Positions 25,981 to 39,354 of a stretch of DNA of 64,000 nucleotides are shown piece by piece. The first letter of the stretch is position 1. Every line of letters starts with the position of its first letter. The notes beneath the pieces were generated by a model, which saw only the letters and a list, made by a program, of their open reading frames with translations, was not told where the DNA came from and searched no databases. The stretch lies in NCBI GenBank assembly GCA_951406725.2, contig OX597827.1, forward strand, positions 18,910,001 through 18,974,000. Direction: 5' to 3'. The DNA is from Octopus vulgaris. Its lineage: Eukaryota. The position numbers and the translations under genes are program-made.

Positions 25981-27278
25981 TCAAGACGTATTTAAAGCAA
26001 TATCAAAATATTTCTTTTAATTTTATATTTTTAAAACAGGAAATCTCAAATTTTCAAAAGACCATTTGTTCTAAAACTCCGTTTTTAAGCAAAAGTTTTT
26101 GTTAGATACGTTTCTAAGAGAACAATAAAGCAGACCCTTAGGAATCCAGTTACGTTTTGTGCTGGCAAATATGAAAACAGTTAAATAGAACCTTTTAAAA
26201 ATTTAAACGAAAAAGTAATTTTGCATTATGGTAAGGCATGGATTGGAAAGTTTCCTCCCGAGGCGTTCAAAAACATTTTTTAATATTTTGAGACTTTGTT
26301 TTAACATTTAAAATCCACATCAAAAAACATTTTAAAGTATCTTCTATAAAGAAAAAATCAATTTTGAAAAATTTTGAAACAAAAACTTTTACAATATATG
26401 TACTCTAAAATAATAATTTCACGCCATTATATTTAATTTTTTTTTCACAAATTTCCTTTAAAACAAACCTATTTTGCAAAATGCAAGTTTGAATCAAACA
26501 TCCCAGCAAAATCTTCTTTGTTACAAAATCTTCTTTGTAATGCACTTTTAAAATAAACTTATTTTATTAAATGTACTTTAAAACAAACATTTTACAGCAT
26601 GCACGTGCTTCAAATAAATCTAATTTTAGATGTACTTAGTGATTACTCTTTTGCAGCGTGTAACTAACAGCAAGAAGAGAAAATTTGTAGAATGTACGTT
26701 AAATTATGTATCTCCGAAAATTTACTTCAAATCATACATTTTAGGAAATGTACTTTACATCATGTACTTTTAAGCTAAAGTAACGAACCAATTAAATAAT
26801 TAATTACAATATTTTATTTTAAATGGCGACTTTGGACTGTAACAAGAATTTAGGTGAAAAGGAATTAGTTTTAAAAATTATTGCTAAGGAATTAGTATTT
26901 CTGACGTCAATTGGAGACAGAAAACAAAAGGTAAAATATAAAACAAAAAAAAAACAGCTACAGGAATAACAACAACAACAACAATGACAACAATGACAAC
27001 TGTTTAACAATGGCCATAGCAATAATAAGAGAAACAGTAACAACAACAGCAATAATGTTAACAAATGTGACAATAACAACAACAGAAACAGCAGCAGCAA
27101 CAGTGTTAATAGCAACAAGAGAAGCAGAAGAACAATATTAATAATAACAATAACAACAACAAAAACAACTGCACAACAACAAAAGTATTAACAATGGGAA
27201 CAACGACAGCAATAACAATAGGAGTCAAGGATGGATCCTTTAGTGGTTGTTCGACCTGCTAGAAACAGTAGCCAAATC

Positions 27279-27700
27279 GGATCTTTTCGGTTTGAACGGC
27301 AGTTTTTAACATAATTTCTAGGTAACTAAAAAAATTTCAAACTTCGTATAGTGGTAGAATGTGTTTATAAAACATCTTTTTTCTCTTGGCTTCATTGAGA
27401 AAATTCTATAGTTTGTAAGATATTTGACCTTTAATTTCTTGCATTACGGCAATTTCAACCAATCAATGACCGTCTATTGAGGTGAAAACATTCTGTGCTG
27501 TTTGAATATGTCCGCGTTTAAGAAACAGATTGGGTTTATTTACATTTGTGAAGAAAAAAAGATACCCTTCCCCCTAACTCTAACTAATCCTAACCCTAAA
27601 ACAGATTGAAATGCAATAGATCGATTCTAGGGTCATAATTTTGGGTGACAATTTCATATGACACCGCTAGAAAAAACTGCCGTTCAAACCGAAAAGATCC
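27279..27700 (-). mobile_element. Merlin-like MITE
   Basis: 28-bp TIRs; perfect 8-bp TSD GCCAAATC; inserted in an older repeat (about 27225-27870) that is also seen near 5520-5705 and 51220-51395. Confidence 0.9.
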
Positions 27701-27944
27701 GCCAAATCTTCCTCAACTCACAAACTACTGTCTTTAAGAAATGTAGGATACGTTAGGTAATGTAATCTTAAAAGCAAAGTTTGACTAAAAGACAGAATGG
27801 TCAAAGTTGGAATGCTTTCTTTGGTCATACGTCTATTAGATCGATTTTAACACGGCGCTGAACAGCAAGAGCATTTCTTCAATGCTAGAAGCAACACCAA
27901 CAAGTTGTAAAAGAACGTTAACAACAAGAGCAACAATAATAATG

Positions 27945-28860
27945 ATTTCGGATCCTAGCCCAACGCCAGCAAGTTCGGAAGGGGACACAAGTCAATTACA
28001 TCGACCCCAGGACTCAAATGGTACTTAATTTAACGATCTTGAAAGGAACAAGGTCCACCTCCGCGGAATTTGAACTCAGAACGTAGCGACGGGCGAAATA
28101 CCTATTTCTTTACTACCCACAAGGGGCTTAAACACAGAGAGGACAAACAATGACAGACAAACAGATTAAGTCGATTATATCGACCCCTGTGCGTAACTGG
28201 TACTTATTTAATCGACCCCGAAAGGATGAAAGGCAAAGTCGACCTTGGCGGAATTTGAACTCAGAACGTAGTGGCAGACGAAATACTGCTCAGCATTTCG
28301 CCCGACGTGCTAACGATTCTGCCAGCTCGCCGCCTTGATAATAATCTTTTCAGGCACAAGGCCTGAAATTTTGGGGGAGGAGACTAGTTGATTACATGGA
28401 CCCCACTGTTGCACTGGTACTTAATTTATCGACCTCCAAAGGATTAAAGGCAAAGTCGACCTCCTCGGAATTTGAACTCAGAACGTAACGGCAGACGAAA
28501 TAGCGCTAAGAATTTTGCCCGGCGTTCTAACAATTCTTATTTCTTTATTGCCCACAAGGGACAAAACATCGAGGGGACAAACAAAGACAGACAAACGGAT
28601 TAAGTCGATTACATCGACCCCAGTACGTAACTGGTACTTAATTTATCGACCCCGAAAGGATGAAAGGCAAAGTCGACCTTGGCGGAATTTGAACTCGGAA
28701 GGTAGCGGCAGACGAAATACCTATTTCTTTACTGTCCGCGGGAAGCTAAACACAGAAAGGACAAACAAGAACAGACAAATGGATTAAATCGATTATATCG
28801 ACCCCAGTGCGTAACTGGTACTTATTTAATCGACCCGGAAAGGATGAAAGGCAAAGTCGA
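27945..28860 (-). mobile_element. Cluster of about five SINE family B copies
   Basis: Repeated family B body and tail motifs. Confidence 0.85.
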
Positions 28861-29331
28861 CAATATTATTGCTTTAACGATAATCCTCAACAGATCATAC
28901 ATACTATACTAATGTCTACTAACGTAACAAAAATTCACGATACAAGGTTCAAAATATATATATTCATACATATACATATGTATGCATGCACAAACAAAAT
29001 ATATGCGTATAAGTATATAAATCAGATAATCCTAATCTAGATATTACTTAATACATCCATGTAACGCGAACAAATTCAATTTTAAAATCCAAAATAGTAA
29101 TTCGAAACTCTATGTCAAAGCTGAATTTAATCCACAAAGTTAATGCTTAAGTTTTATGCAAATTAAATATTTAAAAATATATTAGGGGTTAGGGAGCGGT
29201 CATTTTAAAACATGAGCTATTTCCAATTGGCTAATTCATTTGAACTTATCCGCTAGGCCCATTGTAAACAATAGAAGGTCAGATTTATTAGTTAAATAAA
29301 TCATATTAGCTTTTTTTTTTTATTTAACAAT

Positions 29332-30350
29332 TTATTTTGTTTAGATCTCGATTGGCGAACTGATAAATTTTTTTATCGATCTTATTTGGCGAACCGCTAC
29401 GTTATTTTATTGATCTCGATTGGAAAATCGCTAAGCTATTTTATCGACCTCGTTTGGCGAACCGCTAATATATTTTATCGATCAGGTTTGGCGAACCGCT
29501 AATTTATTTTATCGATCACTTTCGGCTAACCGCTACTTTATTTTATCGATAGCATTTGGCGAAACGCTAAGTTATTTAATCGAACCCCTTTAGCGAAACC
29601 GCTAGAGTTACTTTATCGATCACGTTTGTCAAAGCACTAAGTTATTTTATCAAGCACGTTTGGCAAAACGGTAAGTTATTTTATCGATATCTTTTGGCGA
29701 GTCGCTACGTTATTTTATCGATTACGTTTGGCGAAACTCTAAATTATTTTATCGATCAGGTTTGGCGAACCGCTAAGTTATTTTATCGATCTGCTTTGGC
29801 GAACCGCTGATTTATTTTATCGATCTGGATTGGTGAACTGCTAAATTTTTTCATCGATCTCATTTGGCGAACCGCTAAGTTATTTTATCGAACACCTTTG
29901 GTGAACCGCTAAGTTAATTTATCGATCGCGATTGGCGAACCGCTAGATTATTTTATCGATAACCTTTGGCGAATCACTAAGTTATTTTATCGAATATGTG
30001 AGGCTAACCACTAAGTTATTTTATCGATCTCCTTTGGCTAGATTATCGCATCCATGACTTTTGGCAAACCGCTAAGTTATTTTATCAATCACGTTTATCG
30101 AACCGCTAAGTTATATTACCGATCTCTTTTGGCGAGCCGCTACGTTATTTTATCAATCTCCTTTTGCGAACCGCTAACTTCTTTTTTCGATCTACTTTGC
30201 CGAACCGCTACGTTATTTTATCGATCTTCCTTGGCGAACCGCTAAGTTATTTTATCGATCTTCCTTGGCGAACTGCTAAGTTATTTTATCGATCTACTTT
30301 TGCGAACCGTTAACTTAATTTATAGATCTCCTTTGGCGGGTCACCTTAAG
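29332..30350. repeat. Degenerate 34-bp tandem satellite (about 30 units; consensus TTATTTTATCGATCTCNTTTGGCGAACCGCTAAG)
   Basis: Period of 34 (e.g. GCTAAG at 30241 and 30275); the unit matches an internal segment of SINE family A. Confidence 0.92.
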
Positions 30351-30372
30351 CTAGTATATATTATATTTATAT

Positions 30373-30407
<35 letters not shown>

Positions 30408-30757
30408 GCATGTGTGCATGTATATAGGTATGTATGTATATGTGTGCGCATGTGTGTGTGTGTGCGTGAGTGTGTGAGTGTGTGAGTTTGAATTTTTGTT
30501 TGGTTCCACCACCGCTTAACAACCGATGTTGGTTTGTTTACGCTTTCGTAACCTAGCGTTTCAGCAAAAATGAGCATTAGAATAAGTATCAGACAAACAT
30601 AAATTATAAAAAAAAGTACTGGGGCAGATTTGTTCGACTAAACCTTTCAAAGCGGTGCTCCAGCGTGGCCACATTTCAATAACTGAAACAAATAAACGAT
30701 TCATTAAATTTGTGTGGGGGAGGGGTGTCCCGGGCAAAAATGTCTTTGAGGAAAGGT

Positions 30758-31174
30758 GGATCTTTTCGGTTTGAACGGCAGGTTTTTCTAGCGGTGTCAT
30801 ACGAAATTGTCACCCATAATTATGACCCTAGTATGGATCTATTGCATTTCAATCTGTTTCAGGGTTAGGGTTAGGAGTGGGGGAAGGGTATCTTTTTTTC
30901 TTCACAAATGTAAATAAACCCAATCTGTTTCTTAAACGAGGGACATATTCATACGGCACAGAATGTTTTTTAATTCAATAGACGTCATTGATTGGTTGAA
31001 ATTGCAGAAATTGAAGAAAAAATAACAACAAATATCTTACAAACCATAGAATTTTCTCAATAAAGCCAAGAGAAAAATATGTTTTATAAACACATTCTAC
31101 CAGTATACGAAGTTTAAAATGTTTTAGTTACCTAGAAATTACGTTAAAAACTGCCGTTCAAACCGAAAAGATCC
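30758..31174 (+). mobile_element. Merlin-like MITE
   Basis: TIRs present; imperfect 8-bp TSD GGAAAGGT / GGAAAATT. Confidence 0.88.
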
Positions 31175-31519
31175 GGAAAATTTTGTCAGCTCATCAAGGG
31201 TAGTCCTAGAGACTAGAACACAGATTACATTCATCACTAAGATATTTCGAGTATAAACAACGATCTGCCGGTACCACCACGACCATCACCACTAACATTG
31301 GGTTTATCACTAACATAATCACCCCACCCACTGACACAAAGGCACCATAAATGGTAGAAAATGAAAAAGGCGTCGTGAGGATCCACAGAACAGGCACGAA
31401 GCCAACGAAAAGATAGAAGAAAAAAGGGAAAAGAAAAACATATTTCACATTTCGTCATGACTTTAACGCTAAATCATTATTTTGACTGGAGTTGGGCCAA
31501 ATTCGTGTGTATGTGTGAT

Positions 31520-31551
<32 letters not shown>

Positions 31552-31657
31552 TATGGATTGATGGATGAATGGATGAATGTATCTACGCGTCTATGTATGA
31601 ATTTATGTACGTATGCGTTTGTGTATACGAATTTATATGCATGTTTATTTATTATAA

Positions 31658-31703
<46 letters not shown>

Positions 31704-31773
31704 GTGTGTGTGTGTCTATGTGTACATAAGTCTGTATGTATATATGGATGCATATGTATGTGTGTGCATATAT

Positions 31774-31828
<55 letters not shown>

Positions 31829-31865
31829 CATACATACATACATATACATATACATGTATCCATAT

Positions 31866-32010
31866 CCCCGTGATCACCGTGACCGACTAGGCTATCAGAT
31901 TTTGCTACACATCGCTGGTCACAATGTACTTCGCACTGTTTTAGCCTTCGAATGACGCCACCCCGCTGGCTAAGCGAGCAGGCCCTAACCACTGGGCCAT
32001 TGCACCTCCA
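31866..32010 (-). mobile_element. SINE family C, head joined directly to tail type iii
   Basis: GTGGAGGTGCAATGGCCCAGTGGTTAGGG followed by CCTGCTCGCTTAGCCAGCGGGG...GGTCACGGTGATCACG. Confidence 0.75.
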
Positions 32011-32176
32011 CTCATATATATACATATATCTATCTATCAATATATATATACATACATACATACATACACACACACATACACACACATACATGTATGTATG
32101 TATATATATATATATATATACATATATACATATATGCATGATACGTTTACATATTTGTGTGTATGTGTCTTTATAT

Positions 32177-32780
32177 TTGAAAGTTTCTTTGGCTCCAAAA
32201 TAAATCGAGATGGTGACTGCACTCCAGAAATAAGACGGCGGATAGTACTAGGCAGAGAGGCAATGGTCAGCATGAGCAGGGTCTGGAAGAGTAGGAGACA
32301 TCAGACTCGCTACCAAATGCAGATTGGTGAATGCAATTGTCTTCCCAATAGCAACATATGGATGCGAGACCTGGACACTAAAGAAAGCTGACCAGAAGAG
32401 AATTAATGCATTCGAGTTTTGGTGTTGGAGAAGACTCTTACAGATTCCATGGACAGCGAGGCTCACCAATGGAGAAGTTCTTAAGCAGATCAGGCCGAAA
32501 ATGTCGCTAGAAGCTAGGATCACCAAGTATAGATTGGCATATTTCGGTCATATTATGCGGAGAAAATCCCTGGAGAAGGACATCATGCTCGGAATGGTCA
32601 GTGGCAAGAGAGGAAGAGGCCGACCAAGAACCCGGTGGCTTGACACCATCAAGAGTGATACCGGAATGGACATAGCCAGTCTGAAAGAAGCTGCACAGGA
32701 TAGAACTGACTGGAGGACACTGATCCAACGAATAACCGAGAGTCGACTTCGACTGAGCGGATAGATAGATAGATAGATGT
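32177..32780 (+). mobile_element. RTE-clade (BovB-like) LINE 3' end, 5'-truncated
   Basis: [84 protein letters not shown]; one frameshift; (GATA)n tail. Confidence 0.92.
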
Positions 32781-32832
32781 ATATATACAACACATACACA
32801 TGAATACATAATTTATATTATTTAATTGCGTA

Positions 32833-32887
<55 letters not shown>

Positions 32888-32994
32888 AACATATAATAAC
32901 AAAGGGTAAAATTAATTAATTAACAGGTAATCAGTAATTTCACCAAGTAGAATTCGGCATGAAAAAGACCATTTCATGGTAAGCTTAAGTAATA

Positions 32995-33133
32995 CTTATT
33001 CTTTGTAAGCCTGGTACTTATTCTATTGGTCTCTTTTGCCGAACCGCTAAATTACGGGGACGTAAACACACCAGCATCAATTGTCAAGCGATGTTGGGGG
33101 GACAAACACAGACACACAAACACACACACACAC

Positions 33134-33177
<44 letters not shown>

Positions 33178-33342
33178 TACGACGGGCTTCTTTTCAGTTT
33201 CCATCTACTAAATCCACTCACAAGGCTTTGGTCAGCCCGAGCTATAGTAGAAGACACTTGCTCAAGGTGCCACGCAGTGGGACTGAACCCGGAACCATGT
33301 GGTTGGTAAGCAAGCTACTTACCACACAGCCACTCCTGCACC
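32995..33342 (-). mobile_element. SINE family A (3'-truncated)
   Basis: Homology to family A. Confidence 0.88.
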
Positions 33343-33610
33343 TAACTAGATTATATAAATAAATATATGCCACAACATATATCATTGATGGGAAACTTTC
33401 TTCCGCTGTCTAACCTATACCTCTCCGATGACGGTATACTCAGCTTTCAGAGTATTCGCTTGATACGATGCTCCAATGGCTGGGATATCCCAGAAACAGT
33501 TGCAACATACGATTTTTTACTATTTTTATACCAATTATGTAACTATGTTAGACTGAATTAATTTAAATTAAATGTCCTTGCCATGTCTTGTCTAATTGTT
33601 TGCTATTTCT

Positions 33611-33649
<39 letters not shown>

Positions 33650-34242
33650 ATCAACAATAACTCACACACATATATATGTATATATGCATGTATGTATGTA
33701 TAAATGTACAGGATAAGTATAGTCTACTATAGCTATAAACCTGTTATGGCAGTTTAGCAGCATGTACTGGTACCTTTTGTGACTGGCCAGTTCGTGTCAG
33801 TCAGACCAATCGCAATAAGCATTACAGTTTTTCAAATGGCCTGATAACCGAAGAGACGGTGTTGTGGATTTCCACCTTGGCTTCCAAAACTCAGAGTTTT
33901 ATCTTGGCTATTGAATAATTGTCACATATTAGTATTTTACAGATGAATTTCCTCTATTTACATAATATTGAGGTCTCTTTTTCTCTTTTGTTATCTTACC
34001 GTTTTTACCAATTTATGTATGTATGTATGTATGTATGTATGTATGTATGTATGTATGTATATCTTTAGCTGGGCTAAAAAGTCACATTCGATCACAGAAT
34101 CAGTAACAGTTAAGCTTCGTGCAATGGCCATACTCGATAACGAGGGGGCAGCCATAATAATAATAATAATGTATGCGTATGCATACTTGCACACATAAAT
34201 ACATACATACAGACATACGTATATGTATATATAAATAAATAA

Positions 34243-34291
<49 letters not shown>

Positions 34292-34294
<3 letters not shown>

Positions 34295-34673
34295 ATATAT
34301 AAACGGCAGTTTGTCTGTGCGTGTTTCTGTGTGTCTGTTTTCTCGTACCCTCACCCTGACCACGGCTTTCAACCGATTCTGATGAAACTTGACACACACA
34401 TAGCCCAATGTCATAATTCAAAACTAACGCAGCGAAAATTTTGAAAAGTTCCCCCAGTTCTGAAAAAAATCGATAAATTCGACATGGGGTCGAGAATCAG
34501 AAACACAAACCACAGACCGTCTAGGGGACGCAACTCTACCTTTTTTAAATCTCAAAAAAAAATTTACCATCATTTTTTTCCCATTTTTTTGCTATTTTTT
34601 GGCTATAACTCTCTAAAAATGCTTTATAGTTATTTCCCTTACAAACCTGAGCAACGCCGGGCGATACTGCTAG
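34292..34673 (+). mobile_element. Non-autonomous Helitron
   Basis: A|TCTATATATAAACGG...CCTGAGCAACGCCGGGCGATACTGCTAG|T; inserted in (TA)n. Confidence 0.9.
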
Positions 34674-34688
34674 TATATATATATATAT

Positions 34689-34954
34689 AATACACAAATA
34701 GACAGAGAAAAGGAGAGACGAGGGAGAAAGTGAAAATGGAGATAGATAAATAGAGAAGAGGGACGTTTGGTACATGGGATGTATGTGGTGCTTATACAAG
34801 GGGAGTTAACGGAGTGAAGAATGAGTGGTAGTTGTGGTGGGGCCGTGGGGCGGTGGCGGCACCACTGGTGACGGCGGTTGATAGATATCGTGGTGGTCAA
34901 CATGAGATGCAAAATGGAATTGTTTGTGTTTATATACATACATACATACATACA

Positions 34955-35043
<89 letters not shown>

Positions 35044-35314
35044 CACAAATAGACAGAGAAAAGGAGAGACGAGGGAGAAAGTGAAAATGGAGATAGATAA
35101 ATAGAGAAGAGGGGCGTTTGGTATATGGGATGTATGTGGTGCTTATACAAGGGGAGTTAACGGAGTGAAGAATGAGTGGTAGTTGTGGTGGGGCCGTGGG
35201 GCGGCGGCGGCACTGGTGACGGCGGTTGATAGATATCGTGGTGGTCAACATGAGATGCAAAATGGAATTGTTTGTGTTTATATACATACATACATACATA
35301 CATACATACATACA

Positions 35315-35350
<36 letters not shown>

Positions 35351-35385
35351 TATATACATACATATATATATATATATATATATGT
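34689..35385. repeat. Direct tandem duplication, period about 351 bp
   Basis: AATACACAAATAGACAGAG... starts at 34689 and at 35040; the copies differ at a few positions. Confidence 0.92.
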
Positions 35386-35741
35386 AAACGCACGTATCTT
35401 TAACATCATGCAATATGGGAGAAGGCTTCCAGCATTGTTCCCACGAAAGTATCCATCCACCCCTTGAAAAATACAAAAATTCCACTCAGCCAGCCGTCTA
35501 TCTACCCATATGTCCACTCAACCATAGATCCATATACCCTTATCATGAAACCTACGATCCACCCTTTTATCCTCCCACTCGTAATATCAATCTTCCAAGT
35601 AATTTATACACACACACACACACACACACACATATAAATATATACGTACACATACACATGCACAAACATACTGATACACACACATGCATAAATATATATA
35701 TATATATACATATATACATATATATATACATACACACACAC

Positions 35742-35817
<76 letters not shown>

Positions 35818-35835
35818 ATATGAGTGCGTGTGTGT

Positions 35836-35880
<45 letters not shown>

Positions 35881-36355
35881 GGCCTCAATATCCGTCCACT
35901 CTTATTTTTGCTCATTCCCCCCTCTCCCCACTTTATCCATCCATCCATTTCCCGATGTAAGAATTTGAGACATTGGAAAGAGAAATTGGGGTGGGGGGAG
36001 AAGAGGAACAGAAGGAGGTGTTGGAAGAAGAAGAAGAAGAAGAAGAAGAAGAAGAAGAAGAAGAAGAAGAAGAAGAACGGTATAGAGAGGAAATTGATGT
36101 GTGAAAGGAAATAAGAGATTTATTTGCATGAAAAGAGAGAGAGAGAGGGGAGAGGGGAGAAGACAGAGGGAGAGAGACAGACGGACCGACAGACAGGGTC
36201 AGAGTAAGAGAGAGAGAGAGAGAGAGAAGTTGAGGAAAGGAAATATGAGGGTAACTTATAAAAACATAAACTGAAATGTAGCCAGAGACACAGGAAAAGA
36301 TAAGAGGGACAAAGGTTACTCTCTCTCTCTCTCTCTCTCTCTCTGTATATATATA

Positions 36356-36925
36356 CATTAATAAATAAAATAAAACATGCATATATATAAACATATATGT
36401 ACATACCTACCTCTACATGTACATATACACGCATATATGAGTACAGGATACCAAAAGGATGTCGAACCCAATGAGAAACGAAAACATAGACACAAACCAA
36501 AGGAACTGGACATTTATTTAAAAACAGCAAAAAAAAAAAAAAAAATAGAGTACAGGACAATTAACACAAAGAAAAAACCCCTTCTTCAGTCGCTAAAGGT
36601 TTCATCTACTCTACGTTTCGAAGGATAAAAGCGAGACGCATCTTCGACAAGAAAATTTTCCTTCCTGCGAAAAGCAAATCAATTAAAATTCTGAGATCTT
36701 TTCGCAGAGGGGTAAAAAAGGGTATAAACAGGACAGTGACGACAGTACAAATTGTAAACAGTAAAGGATAGGACAAGGAGAAACAAGATCAGAAGGGCTG
36801 TTGACGCCGAACGAAAAAAAGTATTGCAAACGCAGAATTTTTTATGGACGACGAGCGGAGCAGGAAGAAATGTCGTCCATTACCTTGAGAGAGCTAGGCG
36901 AGAGAGACAGCAGCGGAAGTGACAT
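36356..36925 (-). mobile_element. Microsatellite-embedded non-coding interspersed element (possible PLE pseudo-LTR)
   Basis: A second copy of its end lies at 19131-19303; several internal hairpins. Confidence 0.55.
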
Positions 36926-36931
36926 ACATAC

Positions 36932-36983
<52 letters not shown>

Positions 36984-37004
36984 TACATACATACATACAG
37001 AGTA

Positions 37005-37054
<50 letters not shown>

Positions 37055-37312
37055 GTTGTTGTTTATTTCTCGTTGTCTTTTTTCTTCGTTGTGTTTTTAT
37101 TAATTATATATACACATATAAGTATATATATTCTTACGTTTATATATTTGTTTTGCAAGATTTTTTATGTGAAATCGTGTGTTGAAACAGATATTGTTGT
37201 ATTTAGGAATGGTCATTTTGCCAGTTTAGCCAATAAAAACACACGCACTATATATTTGGTGTTACTTTACTTCAGTGTTATTTATTTTTTACATTAATCT
37301 TAATCTTATTTC

Positions 37313-37356
37313 GGCCAGAGTTCTTTCGTCACACTCCAGTGACCGCATCAGTGGTC
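37313..37356 (-). ncRNA. Minimal type-I hammerhead-like motif with altered A9
   Basis: Minus strand gacca-CUGAUGCG-GUCAC uggagu GUGAC-GAAA-GAAC-UC-uggcc: 5-bp stem II, 3-bp stem I, CUC triplet. Confidence 0.55.
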
Positions 37357-37582
37357 CTTTGCTTTCTTCTTTCTTATTTTTGTGTCTCTCCTTACTAACC
37401 GTCAGCCATTTTGTATGTCTATTGTATGTCTTCATTTGCGCATGCGTATATCTCTATGTGTGTTTATGTTTAGTTAGTGTGGGGGGGAGTGCCTGTAATA
37501 TTTGTATCTCCTGATTATATACGTTCGAGTAATTTGTTTTTGTTTTTGTTTATTTTTATTTTATTCATGTGTTTACACCTAC

Positions 37583-37655
<73 letters not shown>

Positions 37656-38124
37656 GTGCGTGTGTGTGTGTATGTGTGTGTATCCTTGTGTGTGTGTATC
37701 CTTGTGTGTGTGTGTATCCTTGTGTGTGTGTGTGTGCATGTGTATGTATTTATGTGTATCCTTGTGTGTGTGTGTTTGTGTGCATGTGTATGTATGTGTG
37801 TGTATGTGTGTGTATGCTTCACCTCATCCCCATCACCTCACCCCATTGTGCTGCTGCTGTCCTAAGACCCGAAAAAATATTTGGTACAGTTCCTGTATTC
37901 CTCTGTGTATGCGTTAGCCAACGGTATTGCCATCGTGGTAGTTGTTATTGACATCATTGGCACCGCCGCTGCAGCTGACGTTAGTTATGTTGTTCACATT
38001 GTTGTGGCCGTCCATGAAATTTCATGTGTGTTTTGTATGTATTCATGCCCGTTATATAATTTTATTTATTTATTTTATCTATCTATATGTCTTATAGTTA
38101 TCGCAGGTATATGACAGATATATT

Positions 38125-38174
<50 letters not shown>

Positions 38175-38175
38175 A

Positions 38176-38357
38176 AGTTAATCCAAACATGAAAACACAA
38201 AGAGAAAACACAACAACGCGAGGACTTGGAACAAGTATAGTATTATTGGACGCTCAGGAAACAAGGAAAGAAGGAGGGGTTAACGTTTCGAGCGGAGCTC
38301 TTCGTCAGAAACATAGGAAAAGGAAAGATCCAAAGAAGGGAAGACGGAGGAAAAATT
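38176..38357 (-). mobile_element. Microsatellite-anchored HHR-bearing element (PLE pLTR-like)
   Basis: Contains the HHR at 38278-38312; partial copies at 7569 and 25868. Confidence 0.65.
38278..38312 (-). ncRNA. Minimal type-I hammerhead ribozyme motif (extra A after A9)
   Basis: Minus strand guuu-CUGACGA-A-GAGC ucc GCUC-GAAAC-GUU-aacc; palindromic AACGUU stem III. Confidence 0.65.
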
Positions 38358-38956
38358 TACTTTATTTACACATCTATCTCTATTTCTCATATGTATCACA
38401 GGTAAATGCATATATGTCTATTGTGTGTGTCTATTACCTTGTATATTTCTGTGTATTATTTACGTTTTTTTCCCTTTCCCCTCTCTCTTCTCAACCCTAC
38501 TGTGTTTCGTCATGCGGTGTAAAGATGGGTGTTAACTGTTCTATTCATATTTTCTGTTGAGGCTCGGTCTGTCTACTGTTATGTGCATAGCCTCTGTAAT
38601 CTGTCTAAGTGTCGTGTCAGGTGTACCTGTCGACAGTACTTTAATCTCAATACTATTAATCAAGCCTCCAAATTCTACCTGAGCGTGTTGACATATATAT
38701 ATATAAGAGCATTGTAGTTCACTTGAAGCATTTAATATCGAAGACTGTAAAGAGAGAGAAAATAGAGAGCTCCTGACAAAACGGAAATTTTAATAAAAAA
38801 CCTTTATATTTCAGGTTGTTCCCATAAATTCTAAAATAAAATTTACGATATATGGAGGGTCAAAGTTGGGAACAAAAGCAGGACAGTGGAGGCATACAAG
38901 GAAATCGAACGAAAACAAACATGGAGAGTCGTTAGACCAGAACGATATATATATAT

Positions 38957-39354
38957 TCTCTTTTACTCTTTTACTTGTTCCAGTCATTTGACTGTGGCCA
39001 TGCTGGAGCACCGCCTTTAGTCGAGCAAATCGACCCCAGGACTTATTCTTTGTAAGCCTAGTACTTATTCTATCAATCTCTTTTGCTGAACCGCTAAGTT
39101 ACGGGGACGTAAACACACCAGCATCGGTTGTCAAGCGGTGTTGGTGAGACAAATACAGACACAAAAACACACACACATACATATATATATACATATATAC
39201 GACGGGCTTCTTTCAGTTTCCGTCTACCAAATCCACTCACAAGGCTTTGGTCGGCCCGAGGCTACAGTAGAAGACACTTGCGACGCAGTGGGACTGAACC
39301 CGGAACCATGTGGTTGGTGAGCAACCTACTTACCACACAGCCACTCCTACGCCT
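38957..39354 (-). mobile_element. SINE family A
   Basis: Homology to family A. Confidence 0.9.

Noticed and set aside
26450-26775. Recurrent AATGTACTTT..AAACA motifs
   Set aside because: Probably a decayed minisatellite of about 30 bp; the period is too irregular to define by eye and there is no sign of function.
29332-30350. CRISPR-like array
   Set aside because: Units are contiguous 34-mers with only about 6 variable nt. There are no unique spacers and no cas genes, and the unit derives from a SINE.
33420-33510. CCGATGA...GAAACAGTTGCAACA as a decayed HHR with long stem II
   Set aside because: It needs several substitutions in the core, stem III and stem I; too degenerate to call without a family consensus.
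36575-36715. Minus-strand GAAACGTA and CTGAAGA boxes as a type-II hammerhead
   Set aside because: No stem I closes between them, and the alternative CTGCGA reading lacks A6. Hairpins exist but the fold is not supportable.
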